Positions 11,325-21,152 of a DNA stretch of 64,000 nt are shown here, piece after piece. Each line of letters begins with the position of its first letter. Position 1 is the stretch's first letter. The notes under the pieces were generated by a model. That model was not told where the DNA came from, searched no databases, and saw only the letters and a list, made by a program, of their open reading frames with translations. The stretch is from a virus (Duplodnaviria > Heunggongvirae > Uroviricota > Caudoviricetes): IMG/VR virus record IMGVR_UViG_3300042154_004306. One strand, written 5' to 3'. Position numbers and translations under genes: made by a program.

Positions 11325-12112
11325 GCCTTTAATTTAAAGGGAATAGCCTTCTTTTTTTCAAGCATTCGGCTGTAATCCAGTAGAACATTAGCATCAAATC
11401 CATGGACTGGTTTCATGATGCGATTGACCAAAATAATGTCCTTTGCAAGACAAATTCCATCAGATAGCACAACATGATCAGTGCCTGAAACAACTATCAC
11501 GTTCTGGTCAGGATTAAAATCTTTTAAATTAGGCTTTGCCTCAAGCAGCCTGGCCTTAAACTCTGAATTCTTTAGACCCGGTAAATCCAATACTGCTTTT
11601 CGTGTGATTGAGTAACCTAGATTGCATTTGCTTTTTAGATTTAATCGGTAAACTTCATATCTGTCCAATTTAGTGGACTTACTAACAATATAGATCACAT
11701 CTTGCTTGTGTATTTGATTGTTATTTAGATGAAAGTGAATATGTTCTAACACAGGAATCTGTTTCTTTAGATAAGACTCCATTACCTCAGACAGGATTGA
11801 CGAGCATGCCTTAACGATATTCTTCCCATTAGAGTCATCCGACTGGGCCAATTGAGTTACTATTTCCATTAACTTTTCGTGTGACCTAACCACATTCAAA
11901 TGTGAATCGTACACCTTTTTATCAGCTATTACCGTGTTTAAATTTAGGTAATGGAAAACTATTTCGTAAAAGTTGGAAAAGTCACTATCTAAGTTAGTGA
12001 GATACTTCTGCTTCGCGTCCAAGAGAATGTACGTGTAATACTCTAGGTCAACAAAATTCGCTTGACAAAGCCACATTGGGTCTAGCACAAGCTTGGGGTT
12101 TAAAGGTTTCAT
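11321..12112 (-). CDS. Hypothetical protein (likely start MKPLNPK at 12112)
   Basis: The longer 12205 start overlaps the divergent gene. ATAAATAA on the minus strand at 12132-12139 precedes ATG 12112. Stop shares TTAA with the convergent gene. Confidence 0.6.
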   Translation of the reverse strand: MKPLNPKLVLDPMWLCQANFVDLEYYTYILLDAKQKYLTNLDSDFSNFYEIVFHYLNLNTVIADKKVYDSHLNVVRSHEKLMEIVTQLAQSDDSNGKNIVKACSSILSEVMESYLKKQIPVLEHIHFHLNNNQIHKQDVIYIVSKSTKLDRYEVYRLNLKSKCNLGYSITRKAVLDLPGLKNSEFKARLLEAKPNLKDFNPDQNVIVVSGTDHVVLSDGICLAKDIILVNRIMKPVHGFDANVLLDYSRMLEKKKAIPFKLKA

Positions 12113-12191
12113 TGATACCCCGATTTTCTTATTATTTATTTGACGGCTAAAACCTGAATCTGCTGCGATAAATAACAAAAAGGATTTATTA

Positions 12192-14264
12192 ATGCAAGTA
12201 ATCACCTACAAGGTAATTCCGGAGCCTCCGAAAAACACCATCACCTACAGTAAGAATTACAGAATTTTTTCTACTGGAGAACCTGTACCTGGTGCACTCA
12301 ATATCGTTGGCTTTGACGAAGACCTTGACCTAGGTAGTGCAAGTTCATCAAATATCATTCGTAAAATGAGATACTCTTCTGACCGTGGAAATTGGTCACT
12401 ATGGTATCCATTCTCACCAGCTGATCTAAGCGAACTTTCTGTTCTAACTTTCGGAGATGCACCGGTCTTTTTAGAAGTAAAGTACGAGTATGATGATACT
12501 ACTTATAATCAAATTACAACACCCCTAACTGTCAATTCTGTTAAATTTCGCATAAGCAGTACTTACGTTGCTGAATCACTATTCACGCCAACCGTTTATT
12601 GTTCAACCGAAAGATGTCCAGCAATTATTGCTGAAAGAGAGGCAAGTTTCAAGCCGTATGAGGTTGGTACCGCAATCGGTATCGCAAAGGAACTTAGCCT
12701 ACAAACCAATAAGCTATTTGGACATGAAGTCGTCTACTTTAAAACTGAGCCGGATAGAGACGGTGGAGATTTCATATTTAAGGAATGGACTCTTTTCAAA
12801 ACAACTGATCGCAAATGCGTTAAGGTCGTCGTACCCAATAATACTTTTCCAGATAACAAGCCTAACTTTACGGAGTTTGGAGTTGATTTTGAAATTCCAT
12901 TTGAGATTCATATAGATCACATATACTTTCAGTCAATATTTGGACCGGATACTCAGCCTCGCAAAAGAGATTACATGTACTTTCCGTTAACCAATAGAAT
13001 GTATGAGATTCAAGGATCTTATCTATTTAGGGGATTCATGATGGAACCTCTCTACTGGAAAATACAATTAACTAAATTCAGTCCAAACATTGACATGTTA
13101 ATGAAAACTGAGGATCGCAGATTCCTAGACAACATCATCATGACAAGCGATGAACTATTCGGTAAACCGGCAGAGGTCCAAACAAAGGACGCTCTTGACA
13201 AGAAACAATACAAGACGATATCTCATAAATTCGATGAGACTCGCCGATCAATTCATCCGGACTTAAGCAATAAGATTTTAGACTATACTTTCAACTATGC
13301 ACCTTTGATTGAGTATTACTATGATATGAGTGGAGTTAAACCCTCGATTGTTAGCTATACCGCAGTATCGGATGGGACTACTTCTGACCAAGAGCTTACG
13401 CCTAGTCAACCTTACACAATATATGCTTACCAAGATAGCAAAATTTACGAAGCCTGGACAGCGCGAAGGCTAAATACAGGAGACTCTACCGTAAGTAGTT
13501 CGGGCAAACTTTTACCAATTAAAATGAATGGGCCTAAGGCTTCCTATAACTCAGCTACTGGAAAATATGTGGCGGTTGAAGGTTACAAGAATTTAGGACT
13601 TAACCCAAGCGAGCGTAGAGACATTACCGAATTTTCGGCTGGAGTTTTTCAATTCAAGCAGTCAGAGAATGCGGTAGTTTATAAAGCAGTTGCATCGACT
13701 GTTAATACTCCAAACATGACTTTTAGTGCGCTAGTCAAATTTAACAAAGGCACCCAATCAATAAAGTTAATCGATGGATTCGATAATTTTCAAGAAAAGG
13801 GAATGACAATTACCTGTAATCTAGTTGATATTGACGGATTAACTGCAACTGTGACTACTTATGTTAATATCAACGGAACCAATCGCGCATTTCCGGTCGG
13901 AACTCTAAATTATGATAAGTGGTATTCAGTAATAATTCCAGTGTCCGCTCAATACGGCCAACTTGAAGTCAATTTTTATTCATTTGGGCAAGATCCAGCA
14001 AATGTAAAAAACTTTAATAGGCTAATTAGCGTCTATTCAAATTCAGTGAAGACTGGTCAATTTTCTTTTGAGACAACCGAAAATTGGACCCTACCTAGTG
14101 CCAATTACTCAATTGCAAATATACGACTATTCAACACAATGGTTCAGGAAGAGGATCATGAATTCATAGTGAGTCAACTCTTTGTTAGAGACGAATCTCT
14201 GCTTGAAATAATTGACAATGCTAGACCAAGATTAAACTTACCATTCATTGCAATAAACTTATAA
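12192..14264 (+). CDS. Neck/head-completion protein, T4 gp14-like core with extra N- and C-terminal domains
   Basis: Central FGHEVVYFK...FTEFGVDFE...PRKRDYMYFPLTNRMYEI resembles gp14-type neck proteins; the C-terminus looks like a LamG/ConA beta-sandwich. ATAAATAA at 12168-12175. Confidence 0.6.
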   Translation: MQVITYKVIPEPPKNTITYSKNYRIFSTGEPVPGALNIVGFDEDLDLGSASSSNIIRKMRYSSDRGNWSLWYPFSPADLSELSVLTFGDAPVFLEVKYEYDDTTYNQITTPLTVNSVKFRISSTYVAESLFTPTVYCSTERCPAIIAEREASFKPYEVGTAIGIAKELSLQTNKLFGHEVVYFKTEPDRDGGDFIFKEWTLFKTTDRKCVKVVVPNNTFPDNKPNFTEFGVDFEIPFEIHIDHIYFQSIFGPDTQPRKRDYMYFPLTNRMYEIQGSYLFRGFMMEPLYWKIQLTKFSPNIDMLMKTEDRRFLDNIIMTSDELFGKPAEVQTKDALDKKQYKTISHKFDETRRSIHPDLSNKILDYTFNYAPLIEYYYDMSGVKPSIVSYTAVSDGTTSDQELTPSQPYTIYAYQDSKIYEAWTARRLNTGDSTVSSSGKLLPIKMNGPKASYNSATGKYVAVEGYKNLGLNPSERRDITEFSAGVFQFKQSENAVVYKAVASTVNTPNMTFSALVKFNKGTQSIKLIDGFDNFQEKGMTITCNLVDIDGLTATVTTYVNINGTNRAFPVGTLNYDKWYSVIIPVSAQYGQLEVNFYSFGQDPANVKNFNRLISVYSNSVKTGQFSFETTENWTLPSANYSIANIRLFNTMVQEEDHEFIVSQLFVRDESLLEIIDNARPRLNLPFIAINL

Positions 14265-14268
14265 TATT

Positions 14269-15621
14269 ATGTACAAAGACTTAACCAAATCAAAAATCTT
14301 CGACAATGTTAACTTAGGATTCGAGTTCGAATTCTTTTCGCCGATTCCACGAGAGGAGCTTGCAGAGAAATTAAAAACTGCACTCAATAAGGATATCGCA
14401 TGGACTGACGAATATCGATCAGACCTGCCAGTGTCAAGAGACCAATTCAAACTTGAAGCTGACTTTTCAGGTGGATTTAAAATGAATGAACTTGTAACTG
14501 GAGTAATGCCCTATTCTGAAGCAATTCATATCATGTACAAGGTGATGAATTTTATCGATGAGAATGGATTCACAACCGACCGTACAGGACTTCACATTAA
14601 CTTGTCATTTAATGAATTTGATATGGGCCTAACTGAAAGACTTGAGAATCTAAATGTTTTCAAGTGTATCCTTTCTCTTAACGAGGAAAAGATATTTGAA
14701 ATGTGGCCTTCTGCAAAATCTAGAATTCAGAGAATTTATAAAAACTCGGTTAGTAACATCTATCCAAAAGATAAATTCGTTTCCGAGAACGCATTACCTT
14801 ATGCAAAACCTGGAAATCCAATGGACTTTGCCTTTCCTCAATCTAAGTACTTTGGCCTAAACTTTGAAAAGTTAAGAGAGGGTTATCTTGAGATTAGGTA
14901 TGCAGGTGGACCTGAATACCAAACGCGTAGAGCTGATGCAACGAATCTAATAAATTACATGTCTGAGAAGTTATATGAGACCCTAACCTCAAATACCGCC
15001 TATTCAATCGAAGACCAGAAAAAGATCAATGACGTTATTAAGCTACAAAGGCACAATACGTTGGCCCTAAAAACTTATGAAAATTTCATAAAGAATTTTC
15101 CAGATATTGAGCTTTACATTGACCTAAAGGACGATCCTAGAATAGTTGAGTCCAACTACAATAACTTAAGAGAAAGTCTATTTGACCTAATAACCTTTGG
15201 TAAAATGAAAAAGGGCAAATTGAATTACGATACTGACTCAAAAAGAGTGCAGGTCAAGGACTCAATCATTAAGGAGGGATTCTCGCTACATGATTTAGAT
15301 TTTATTAATTGTTCAATTGAGGCTGAGCTGTCTCATTGCATGTTACATAGCTGTAAAGTTAGATCTTCTAGAATCGCAGAGTGTCGAATCCTAACCAATA
15401 ATGATATCCGATATTCTCATCTAGACGATTGTCTATTTGAGAGAGGTGGCGCAAACCGAATTGATTTAAGTTACATTAACTGTTCTCCAGATAGTATCAT
15501 TTATGCTGATCTAAATGAGTGCATTGTGAGATCTGGCGTAATTGCGCTAGACTCAGAAGTTGATAATAAAACAGAGATTATTGCCGGCACCGCAAAGGGC
15601 AGTAAGAGACTCCTAAAATAA
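14269..15621 (+). CDS. Putative amidoligase (COOH-NH2 ligase, Amidoligase_2-like) with a C-terminal beta-helix-like repeat region
   Basis: Motifs GFEFEF, ELVT, GLHINLS, KYFGLN and YLEIRYAGG in the expected order. Confidence 0.7.
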   Translation: MYKDLTKSKIFDNVNLGFEFEFFSPIPREELAEKLKTALNKDIAWTDEYRSDLPVSRDQFKLEADFSGGFKMNELVTGVMPYSEAIHIMYKVMNFIDENGFTTDRTGLHINLSFNEFDMGLTERLENLNVFKCILSLNEEKIFEMWPSAKSRIQRIYKNSVSNIYPKDKFVSENALPYAKPGNPMDFAFPQSKYFGLNFEKLREGYLEIRYAGGPEYQTRRADATNLINYMSEKLYETLTSNTAYSIEDQKKINDVIKLQRHNTLALKTYENFIKNFPDIELYIDLKDDPRIVESNYNNLRESLFDLITFGKMKKGKLNYDTDSKRVQVKDSIIKEGFSLHDLDFINCSIEAELSHCMLHSCKVRSSRIAECRILTNNDIRYSHLDDCLFERGGANRIDLSYINCSPDSIIYADLNECIVRSGVIALDSEVDNKTEIIAGTAKGSKRLLK

Positions 15622-15676
15622 TGATGGGGTACTCAAAGTTGATAAATAACTAAAAGCCCAAACATAGTAAACCTGC

Positions 15677-18157
15677 ATGTCAGTAAAAGTAAAAATTTCA
15701 AGTATAAAATCAATCAACGGGACGAGCTTAAGCTCAGTAGTAGACCTGTCTAATCTTAATTTTAACACATTAAAGACAGCACTTGATGAATTTTTAACTT
15801 CAATAAACTACGACCAGACCACTGGCGTGACCGTTGACATTCATGGAATTACGGCGGACACGATTAAACTTAGACAGGGTTTAACCGTGTACGGCGCTCA
15901 ACAGGCCGGCGGAATTTATCCGGAAGTGATAAAGATGTATCCGACTGGAGCAGTCACTGCCAAGAACGTTGTCGTTGAGGATGTACTAGAGGGAAAAAGA
16001 TTAAGACTAAAGGTTTACGGAGTTCTACCTCCAACTGGAATTCCTGGAGAAATCGTTTACATCACATCTCAAAGCGGTAGAGTTGAAGGATTTTACGGAT
16101 ACTTAGTTTCAACCGGTTGGACTTTACTTTCAGGTGGAGGCGGTGGTGCCTGTAGAGCAGCAATCACACGATCTGCTGTTCCAAACGTTATTACTGGAGA
16201 CGGTGCTCTGGTGTCGGATGGGCTATTACCAATGCCTGCTCCATTATCGACTAGCGAATACCTACTTTTTGTGAATGGCCAACAAATAATAGTTGGAAAT
16301 GGAGATGATTCCGCTCCAGCCTACTTTAGCAAGGACAATGGAGTAACTGCTTCTAATTATGGATTAGTAGATTCAACCGACGAACTTTATTGGAATACCT
16401 CAGTTGCTGGTTATGGACTTGATTCAAATGACCTAGTGACCTTAGTATATTCATCAGCTGATCCGTATTGTGGAGCAGCTGGCATTAGCTGCTTAACTAA
16501 TATAGTGACCACCGGTAATGCGACACTGCCGTTTCCGCAACAAGGAGTAACTATCGTTTTAGATACAGCAGTTAACGCAAGCTCACCAATTACTGTGTGT
16601 CAAGTTCCAGTACCTACGGTAAATCCACCAGGCTCAAGCCTACCTGCAGGTTATTACTTAAGCAATACTTTGTTAGCCTACGATATTACAACGCCATTGG
16701 CAATTGGCGCAATAATAGGATTTACACTACCACAATCAATAAGTCTTTCCACATTCAATGCAGTTAGAATATTTCATGAGGTTGGCGGAATTTACGTTGA
16801 TGAAACTGTTTTAGTTGGACCCTATGCTCAAAACTATTCAACTAGAACGATATACGCACAAGTAACCTCATTTAGTCCTTTCTTTTTGATTCCGTTGGTG
16901 TTAACCACAACCACCTCAACCACAACGTTAACTCCGGTGTTAACCACAACCATTCCACCGACAACGACTACAACAACCTGCTCGCCAGGTTCAATCGTCG
17001 CTAATTCGATAAATTCAAATATTGTAAATTTTGTTGGAACACCAAGCGGTCCATACACGGTAATTTTCTATCCAACGGCTGGAGGAAGTTATGATCTAAC
17101 TGCCCTACACGGAGTAAACATCAGTCTATCATGGATATTCAATCGCCTTAATACTGAATATGCGAACGCTGGAATAAGTTCGGTATATGGAACCTATACA
17201 TTCACAACACTAAGTGGTTGTGAATATTCAGTTAACGTTGTAGCTGGAGCAACAACCACCACAACGACTGCGGCCGCAACGACTACTAGCACCTCTACTA
17301 CTAGCACAACGACCTCCGCTCCAACAACGACGACTACTACGGTAGCCTCCCCTACTACAACTACAACAACGGTTGCGCCAACGACGACCACAACGACTGC
17401 GGCTGCGACTACCACAACTACCACAAATTATTGTAGCCTATTTTCGATAGATATGGTTATTGCAAACTATGATCACGTAAGAGTAGGAATTTTTGGTCCT
17501 ACCGGAGTTCCTTACGAGCTGGCTGTAGATAATAACTTGGTCTTTGCTGGTTCAACTCCTGATGGTTACAATGTAACTGGAATAACTCAAAACGTTCAGT
17601 TTAAAATTGTAATAAATGGTGGAATTTGTGAATACTGTTATAATTTTGACTATGATAATCAAGTGATTACTCAAATTAACTGTGCAAGCTATGGAGTAAC
17701 AACAACTACGACAACGATCGCTCCAACCACGACTACAACAACAACTGCCGCTACAACAACGACCACGACTGCTGCGGTTACCACAAGTACTACAACGTGT
17801 ACTCCATATAATTTCACGTATTTCGCTGATTCAGGTCAAGTAACTTTCACAGTAAATACGGCTCCTATTGCTCCAAATCAAGTTAGCGTAACTACTCCTT
17901 TTGCATACACACCACCTGAGGGAAGCTATCAAATTACTGACCTTGGCTCAACTACCGAAATTGGACCAATATCAGTATCGCCACCTTATGGAACCTGGAC
18001 AATTGGTCTATTTGGCTGCAATTACTCAGTTACGGTTGCCGCACCAACAACAACGACTACAACAGCCGCTCCTACGACGACTACGACCACTGCAGCTCCT
18101 ACGACGACTACGACCACTGCAGCTCCTACGACGACTACGACCACTGCAGCTCCATAA
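15677..18157 (+). CDS. Mucin-like Thr-rich virion/fibre protein
   Basis: Globular segments separated by poly-Thr/AAP tracts; ends in APTTTTTTA repeats. ATAAATAA at 15642-15649. Confidence 0.7.
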   Translation: MSVKVKISSIKSINGTSLSSVVDLSNLNFNTLKTALDEFLTSINYDQTTGVTVDIHGITADTIKLRQGLTVYGAQQAGGIYPEVIKMYPTGAVTAKNVVVEDVLEGKRLRLKVYGVLPPTGIPGEIVYITSQSGRVEGFYGYLVSTGWTLLSGGGGGACRAAITRSAVPNVITGDGALVSDGLLPMPAPLSTSEYLLFVNGQQIIVGNGDDSAPAYFSKDNGVTASNYGLVDSTDELYWNTSVAGYGLDSNDLVTLVYSSADPYCGAAGISCLTNIVTTGNATLPFPQQGVTIVLDTAVNASSPITVCQVPVPTVNPPGSSLPAGYYLSNTLLAYDITTPLAIGAIIGFTLPQSISLSTFNAVRIFHEVGGIYVDETVLVGPYAQNYSTRTIYAQVTSFSPFFLIPLVLTTTTSTTTLTPVLTTTIPPTTTTTTCSPGSIVANSINSNIVNFVGTPSGPYTVIFYPTAGGSYDLTALHGVNISLSWIFNRLNTEYANAGISSVYGTYTFTTLSGCEYSVNVVAGATTTTTTAAATTTSTSTTSTTTSAPTTTTTTVASPTTTTTTVAPTTTTTTAAATTTTTTNYCSLFSIDMVIANYDHVRVGIFGPTGVPYELAVDNNLVFAGSTPDGYNVTGITQNVQFKIVINGGICEYCYNFDYDNQVITQINCASYGVTTTTTTIAPTTTTTTTAATTTTTTAAVTTSTTTCTPYNFTYFADSGQVTFTVNTAPIAPNQVSVTTPFAYTPPEGSYQITDLGSTTEIGPISVSPPYGTWTIGLFGCNYSVTVAAPTTTTTTAAPTTTTTTAAPTTTTTTAAPTTTTTTAAP
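18068..18148 (+). repeat. Perfect 27-nt tandem repeat x3 (gctcctacgacgactacgaccactgca; APTTTTTTA)
   Basis: Read directly; copies start at 18068, 18095 and 18122. Confidence 0.9.
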
Positions 18158-18165
18158 AAACGATT

Positions 18166-18192
18166 AAACTCCGGCATTTTTCTTAGTATAAT
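18166..18192 (+). promoter_or_regulatory. Putative AAAC-N17-TATAAT promoter (non-late class)
   Basis: Same spacing recurs at 30675-30701 (-), 30705-30731 (AATC variant), 48889-48915 and 63709-63735. Confidence 0.6.
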
Positions 18193-18197
18193 TTAGT

Positions 18198-19154
18198 ATG
18201 TTAACTAAGAAGACGATTTTCATGTCCGCTCAACCGGATCATCCGTACTTTCATTGGCAAGTTGAAGTACTAATCAATAATTTTATTAAGCTTGGAATTA
18301 ATCCAAATTGGATTGAAATTCTTTGGGCATACTCAGGCAATCCCTCATACGAGGGCCTTGCTCTTGCGACTAAATATCCAACCGTTAGATTCTTTTTCTA
18401 TGAAAAAACAGTAAAGGATAATTTCGGTTACATTCCAATTCTCAGACCTGATATTTTAGAACAACACTTTAGACGATTCCCAGAACTTCGTGGTGAAACT
18501 GTGTTCTATCATGATTCAGATATTATCTTTAGAAAACTTCCGGATTTTGATTCAATGCATAGCGACTTGTATTGGTACCTAAGTGATACGGTCTCATACA
18601 TTGGTGCTAACTACATAAAGAGCAAGTCTGAGGATCTTTTTCTAGATCTATGTAGTTTATCAAAAATTCCACCAGAGACGGTTGAGAAGAATGAGGAGGG
18701 CTCAGGTGGTGCACAGTATCTAATGAAAGGAGTTACTGCTGATTTTTGGCAAGAGGTTAAGGAAGACTCCTTATTACTATACAAATACATGTCGGATCGA
18801 GAAAATGAAGAACGTAAAACTCTATCCGCCGACGAATTAAAAACCTATAATCCAGTGCAAAAATGGTGTGCGGACATGTGGTCAGTTCTTTGGGGAGCAT
18901 GGAAGATGGGAGCTCAAACAATCGTCACTCCTGACTTGGATTTTAGCTGGGGAACTTCGTCAATCTCAGATTACGAGAGTTGTAATATTATGCACAATGC
19001 TGGAGTAACTGGCGACAGGTCCACTGAGCTATTCTATAAAGCCGACTTTAGGGATTCAAGCCCATTTGCCGCAGATCTAAGTTTTGTTAAACCTGATACT
19101 GCTTCCGCTAAATACGTTGAAGCAATTTTATATACTCAAGAAAAAAGAGGCTAG
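18198..19154 (+). CDS. GT-A glycosyltransferase resembling peptidyl-Ser/Hyp O-glycosyltransferases (SGT1/HPAT, GT96/GT95-like)
   Basis: N-terminal YFHWQ, DxD motif (HDSDIIF), WCADMW (cf. W-x-x-E-M-Y) and a late IMHNAG His motif. Confidence 0.6.
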   Translation: MLTKKTIFMSAQPDHPYFHWQVEVLINNFIKLGINPNWIEILWAYSGNPSYEGLALATKYPTVRFFFYEKTVKDNFGYIPILRPDILEQHFRRFPELRGETVFYHDSDIIFRKLPDFDSMHSDLYWYLSDTVSYIGANYIKSKSEDLFLDLCSLSKIPPETVEKNEEGSGGAQYLMKGVTADFWQEVKEDSLLLYKYMSDRENEERKTLSADELKTYNPVQKWCADMWSVLWGAWKMGAQTIVTPDLDFSWGTSSISDYESCNIMHNAGVTGDRSTELFYKADFRDSSPFAADLSFVKPDTASAKYVEAILYTQEKRG

Positions 19155-19213
19155 CTCATTTATAGGCTTAGGGTTGATAAATAACTTTAGTAGAAAAATG
19201 CAAGTCCAGTTGA

Positions 19214-21118
19214 ATGTCTCATAAAATCAAAATAAAACAAGTCGACCTCAGCGGAGTCACCCAAGATAATGCCAAGACCCGATTTTTAGTAATTGACTCC
19301 AATGGAAATCTTTCATGGAATGATTCTCCACAAACTGGTAGTTCAGGTAGCGGTGGAATATCTGGAAGTTCAGGAACCTCTGGAATAAGTGGATCGGATG
19401 GAACATCAGGCACTTCAGGTTCAAGCGGATCTTCAGGACCTTCAGGTTCTTCAGGGTCAAGTGGAGCTTCAGGAAGCTCTGGAACATCTGGAACATCAGG
19501 TTCATCTGGAACTTCAGGAACATCTGGAACATCAGGAAGCTCTGGAACAAGCGGCTCAAGTGGAACGGCTGGTTCTTCTGGAACGTCCGGCTCAGCTGGA
19601 ACGTCAGGCACGTCAGGAAGCTCTGGTTCTTCAGGCACATCAGGTGGCTCAGGATCTAGTGGATCTTCAGGAGAATCTGGATCTTCAGGAACAAGCGGAT
19701 CTTCAGGAACAAGCGGATCTTCAGGAACAAGCGGATCTTCAGGAGAATCTGGATCTTCAGGAACAAGCGGATCTTCAGGAACAAGCGGATCTTCAGGAGA
19801 ATCTGGATCTTCAGGAACAAGCGGATCATCGGGTACATCAGGATCAGCCGGTACACCCGGCACGTCAGGAAGCTCTGGAACTTCCGGTTCTGGAACTTCA
19901 GGTTCTTCTGGAACTTCCGGTTCTGGAACTTCAGGTTCTTCTGGAACTTCCGGTTCTGGAACTTCAGGTTCTTCTGGAACTTCCGGTTCTGGAACTTCAG
20001 GTTCTTCTGGAACTAGTGGAACCGGTTCAGCCGTTAATGTATACTCTCAAGGAACTTCCGCAGTATCGTCGTCCACTATACTTAACCTACAGAGCGGACT
20101 TATTGCTACCGGATCAAGCGGAACTTCTGGCCAAGCTGACATAAACGCAGTTTACAATACTCAGCTAGATTCAGCTCTAGCTATGCCTAATGCAGTTGGA
20201 GGTATTCCAGCGGCAACTACTGTTTCTGGTTTATCTGGAAAAACAATAGTCTCTCTATTTGACGATTTGTTATTTCCGACAGTTGAGCCAACTTACACGA
20301 TTCCTACGATAACATTAAGTAGTACCGTTACTGGTATTCAGGAGGTCGGCAGTACAATTAGCCCGGCTTTAACTATTTCAGGAACAAAGAATGATGCGGG
20401 TGCTTATTCTAATTTGACAATCAATCGATCGTTAAATGGTGCAACGGCTACCACATTATCAACTACTTCAAGCCCAACTAGTTCATCCGCTACGGCTATT
20501 GCAAGTCAATTTGGATACACTGATCCAAACAATCCAAACTATAGCTATTCGTTAGCATATACGGATAGCGGATTAGCTGTGCCAGCTCCATCATCCGGCA
20601 CGAGTAGCACAATCGCTTATTCTGGACTTGGGGATTATTTAATAGGCTTGGCCAAATTGACGAATAAAGGAACGACTGATCCTAGTTCATTTGCGGTTCG
20701 ATCAACGACTGCGCCACAGTCGGCTAGCACTAACTTTGCGCCGACTTCGGTAACTCTAACTGGTTACTATCCTTATTTCTACGGAAAGACTAGCACCCAG
20801 CAAACTGCTGCACAGATTCAAGCGATTATACAGTCGGGCTCAGGTTATACAGCAGTCGTTAATAATGGCGGAACCTCTCTAAGTATGGCATTTAATGCGA
20901 GTGGCGAATGGCCGTGGTTTGCAATATTTAGCGGATACTCAACAAAAGTGACTTGGAACGAAACTGCGCTAAATAATGGAAATATTGGAGGAACGACTGA
21001 CTTGTTTGCGGCTCCGACTACGTTAAGCGTTATTTCACCAAACGGATACTGGACCGTTAATTACAAAATTTACCCAGCAAATAAAGTGACTACTCTTGGA
21101 ACCGCTACGATTGCATAA
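19214..21118 (+). CDS. Gly-Ser-Ser/Gly-Thr-Ser repeat virion fibre protein with a C-terminal globular domain
   Basis: About 230 aa of SGSSGT-type repeats after a short N-terminal domain. ATAAATAA at 19177-19184. Confidence 0.75.
   Translation: MSHKIKIKQVDLSGVTQDNAKTRFLVIDSNGNLSWNDSPQTGSSGSGGISGSSGTSGISGSDGTSGTSGSSGSSGPSGSSGSSGASGSSGTSGTSGSSGTSGTSGTSGSSGTSGSSGTAGSSGTSGSAGTSGTSGSSGSSGTSGGSGSSGSSGESGSSGTSGSSGTSGSSGTSGSSGESGSSGTSGSSGTSGSSGESGSSGTSGSSGTSGSAGTPGTSGSSGTSGSGTSGSSGTSGSGTSGSSGTSGSGTSGSSGTSGSGTSGSSGTSGTGSAVNVYSQGTSAVSSSTILNLQSGLIATGSSGTSGQADINAVYNTQLDSALAMPNAVGGIPAATTVSGLSGKTIVSLFDDLLFPTVEPTYTIPTITLSSTVTGIQEVGSTISPALTISGTKNDAGAYSNLTINRSLNGATATTLSTTSSPTSSSATAIASQFGYTDPNNPNYSYSLAYTDSGLAVPAPSSGTSSTIAYSGLGDYLIGLAKLTNKGTTDPSSFAVRSTTAPQSASTNFAPTSVTLTGYYPYFYGKTSTQQTAAQIQAIIQSGSGYTAVVNNGGTSLSMAFNASGEWPWFAIFSGYSTKVTWNETALNNGNIGGTTDLFAAPTTLSVISPNGYWTVNYKIYPANKVTTLGTATIA
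19877..20008 (+). repeat. Perfect 33-nt tandem repeat x4 (GTSGSGTSGSS)
   Basis: ggaacttccggttctggaacttcaggttcttct starting at 19877, 19910, 19943 and 19976. Confidence 0.85.
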
Positions 21119-21152
21119 TAACCTAGAAAAATAAAAAGAAACAAGAAATTAA

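Noticed and set aside
16840-16890. ZU5/GPS-like autoproteolysis site at VTSFSPF
   Set aside because: Lacks the His of the HFS motif; too weak to support.
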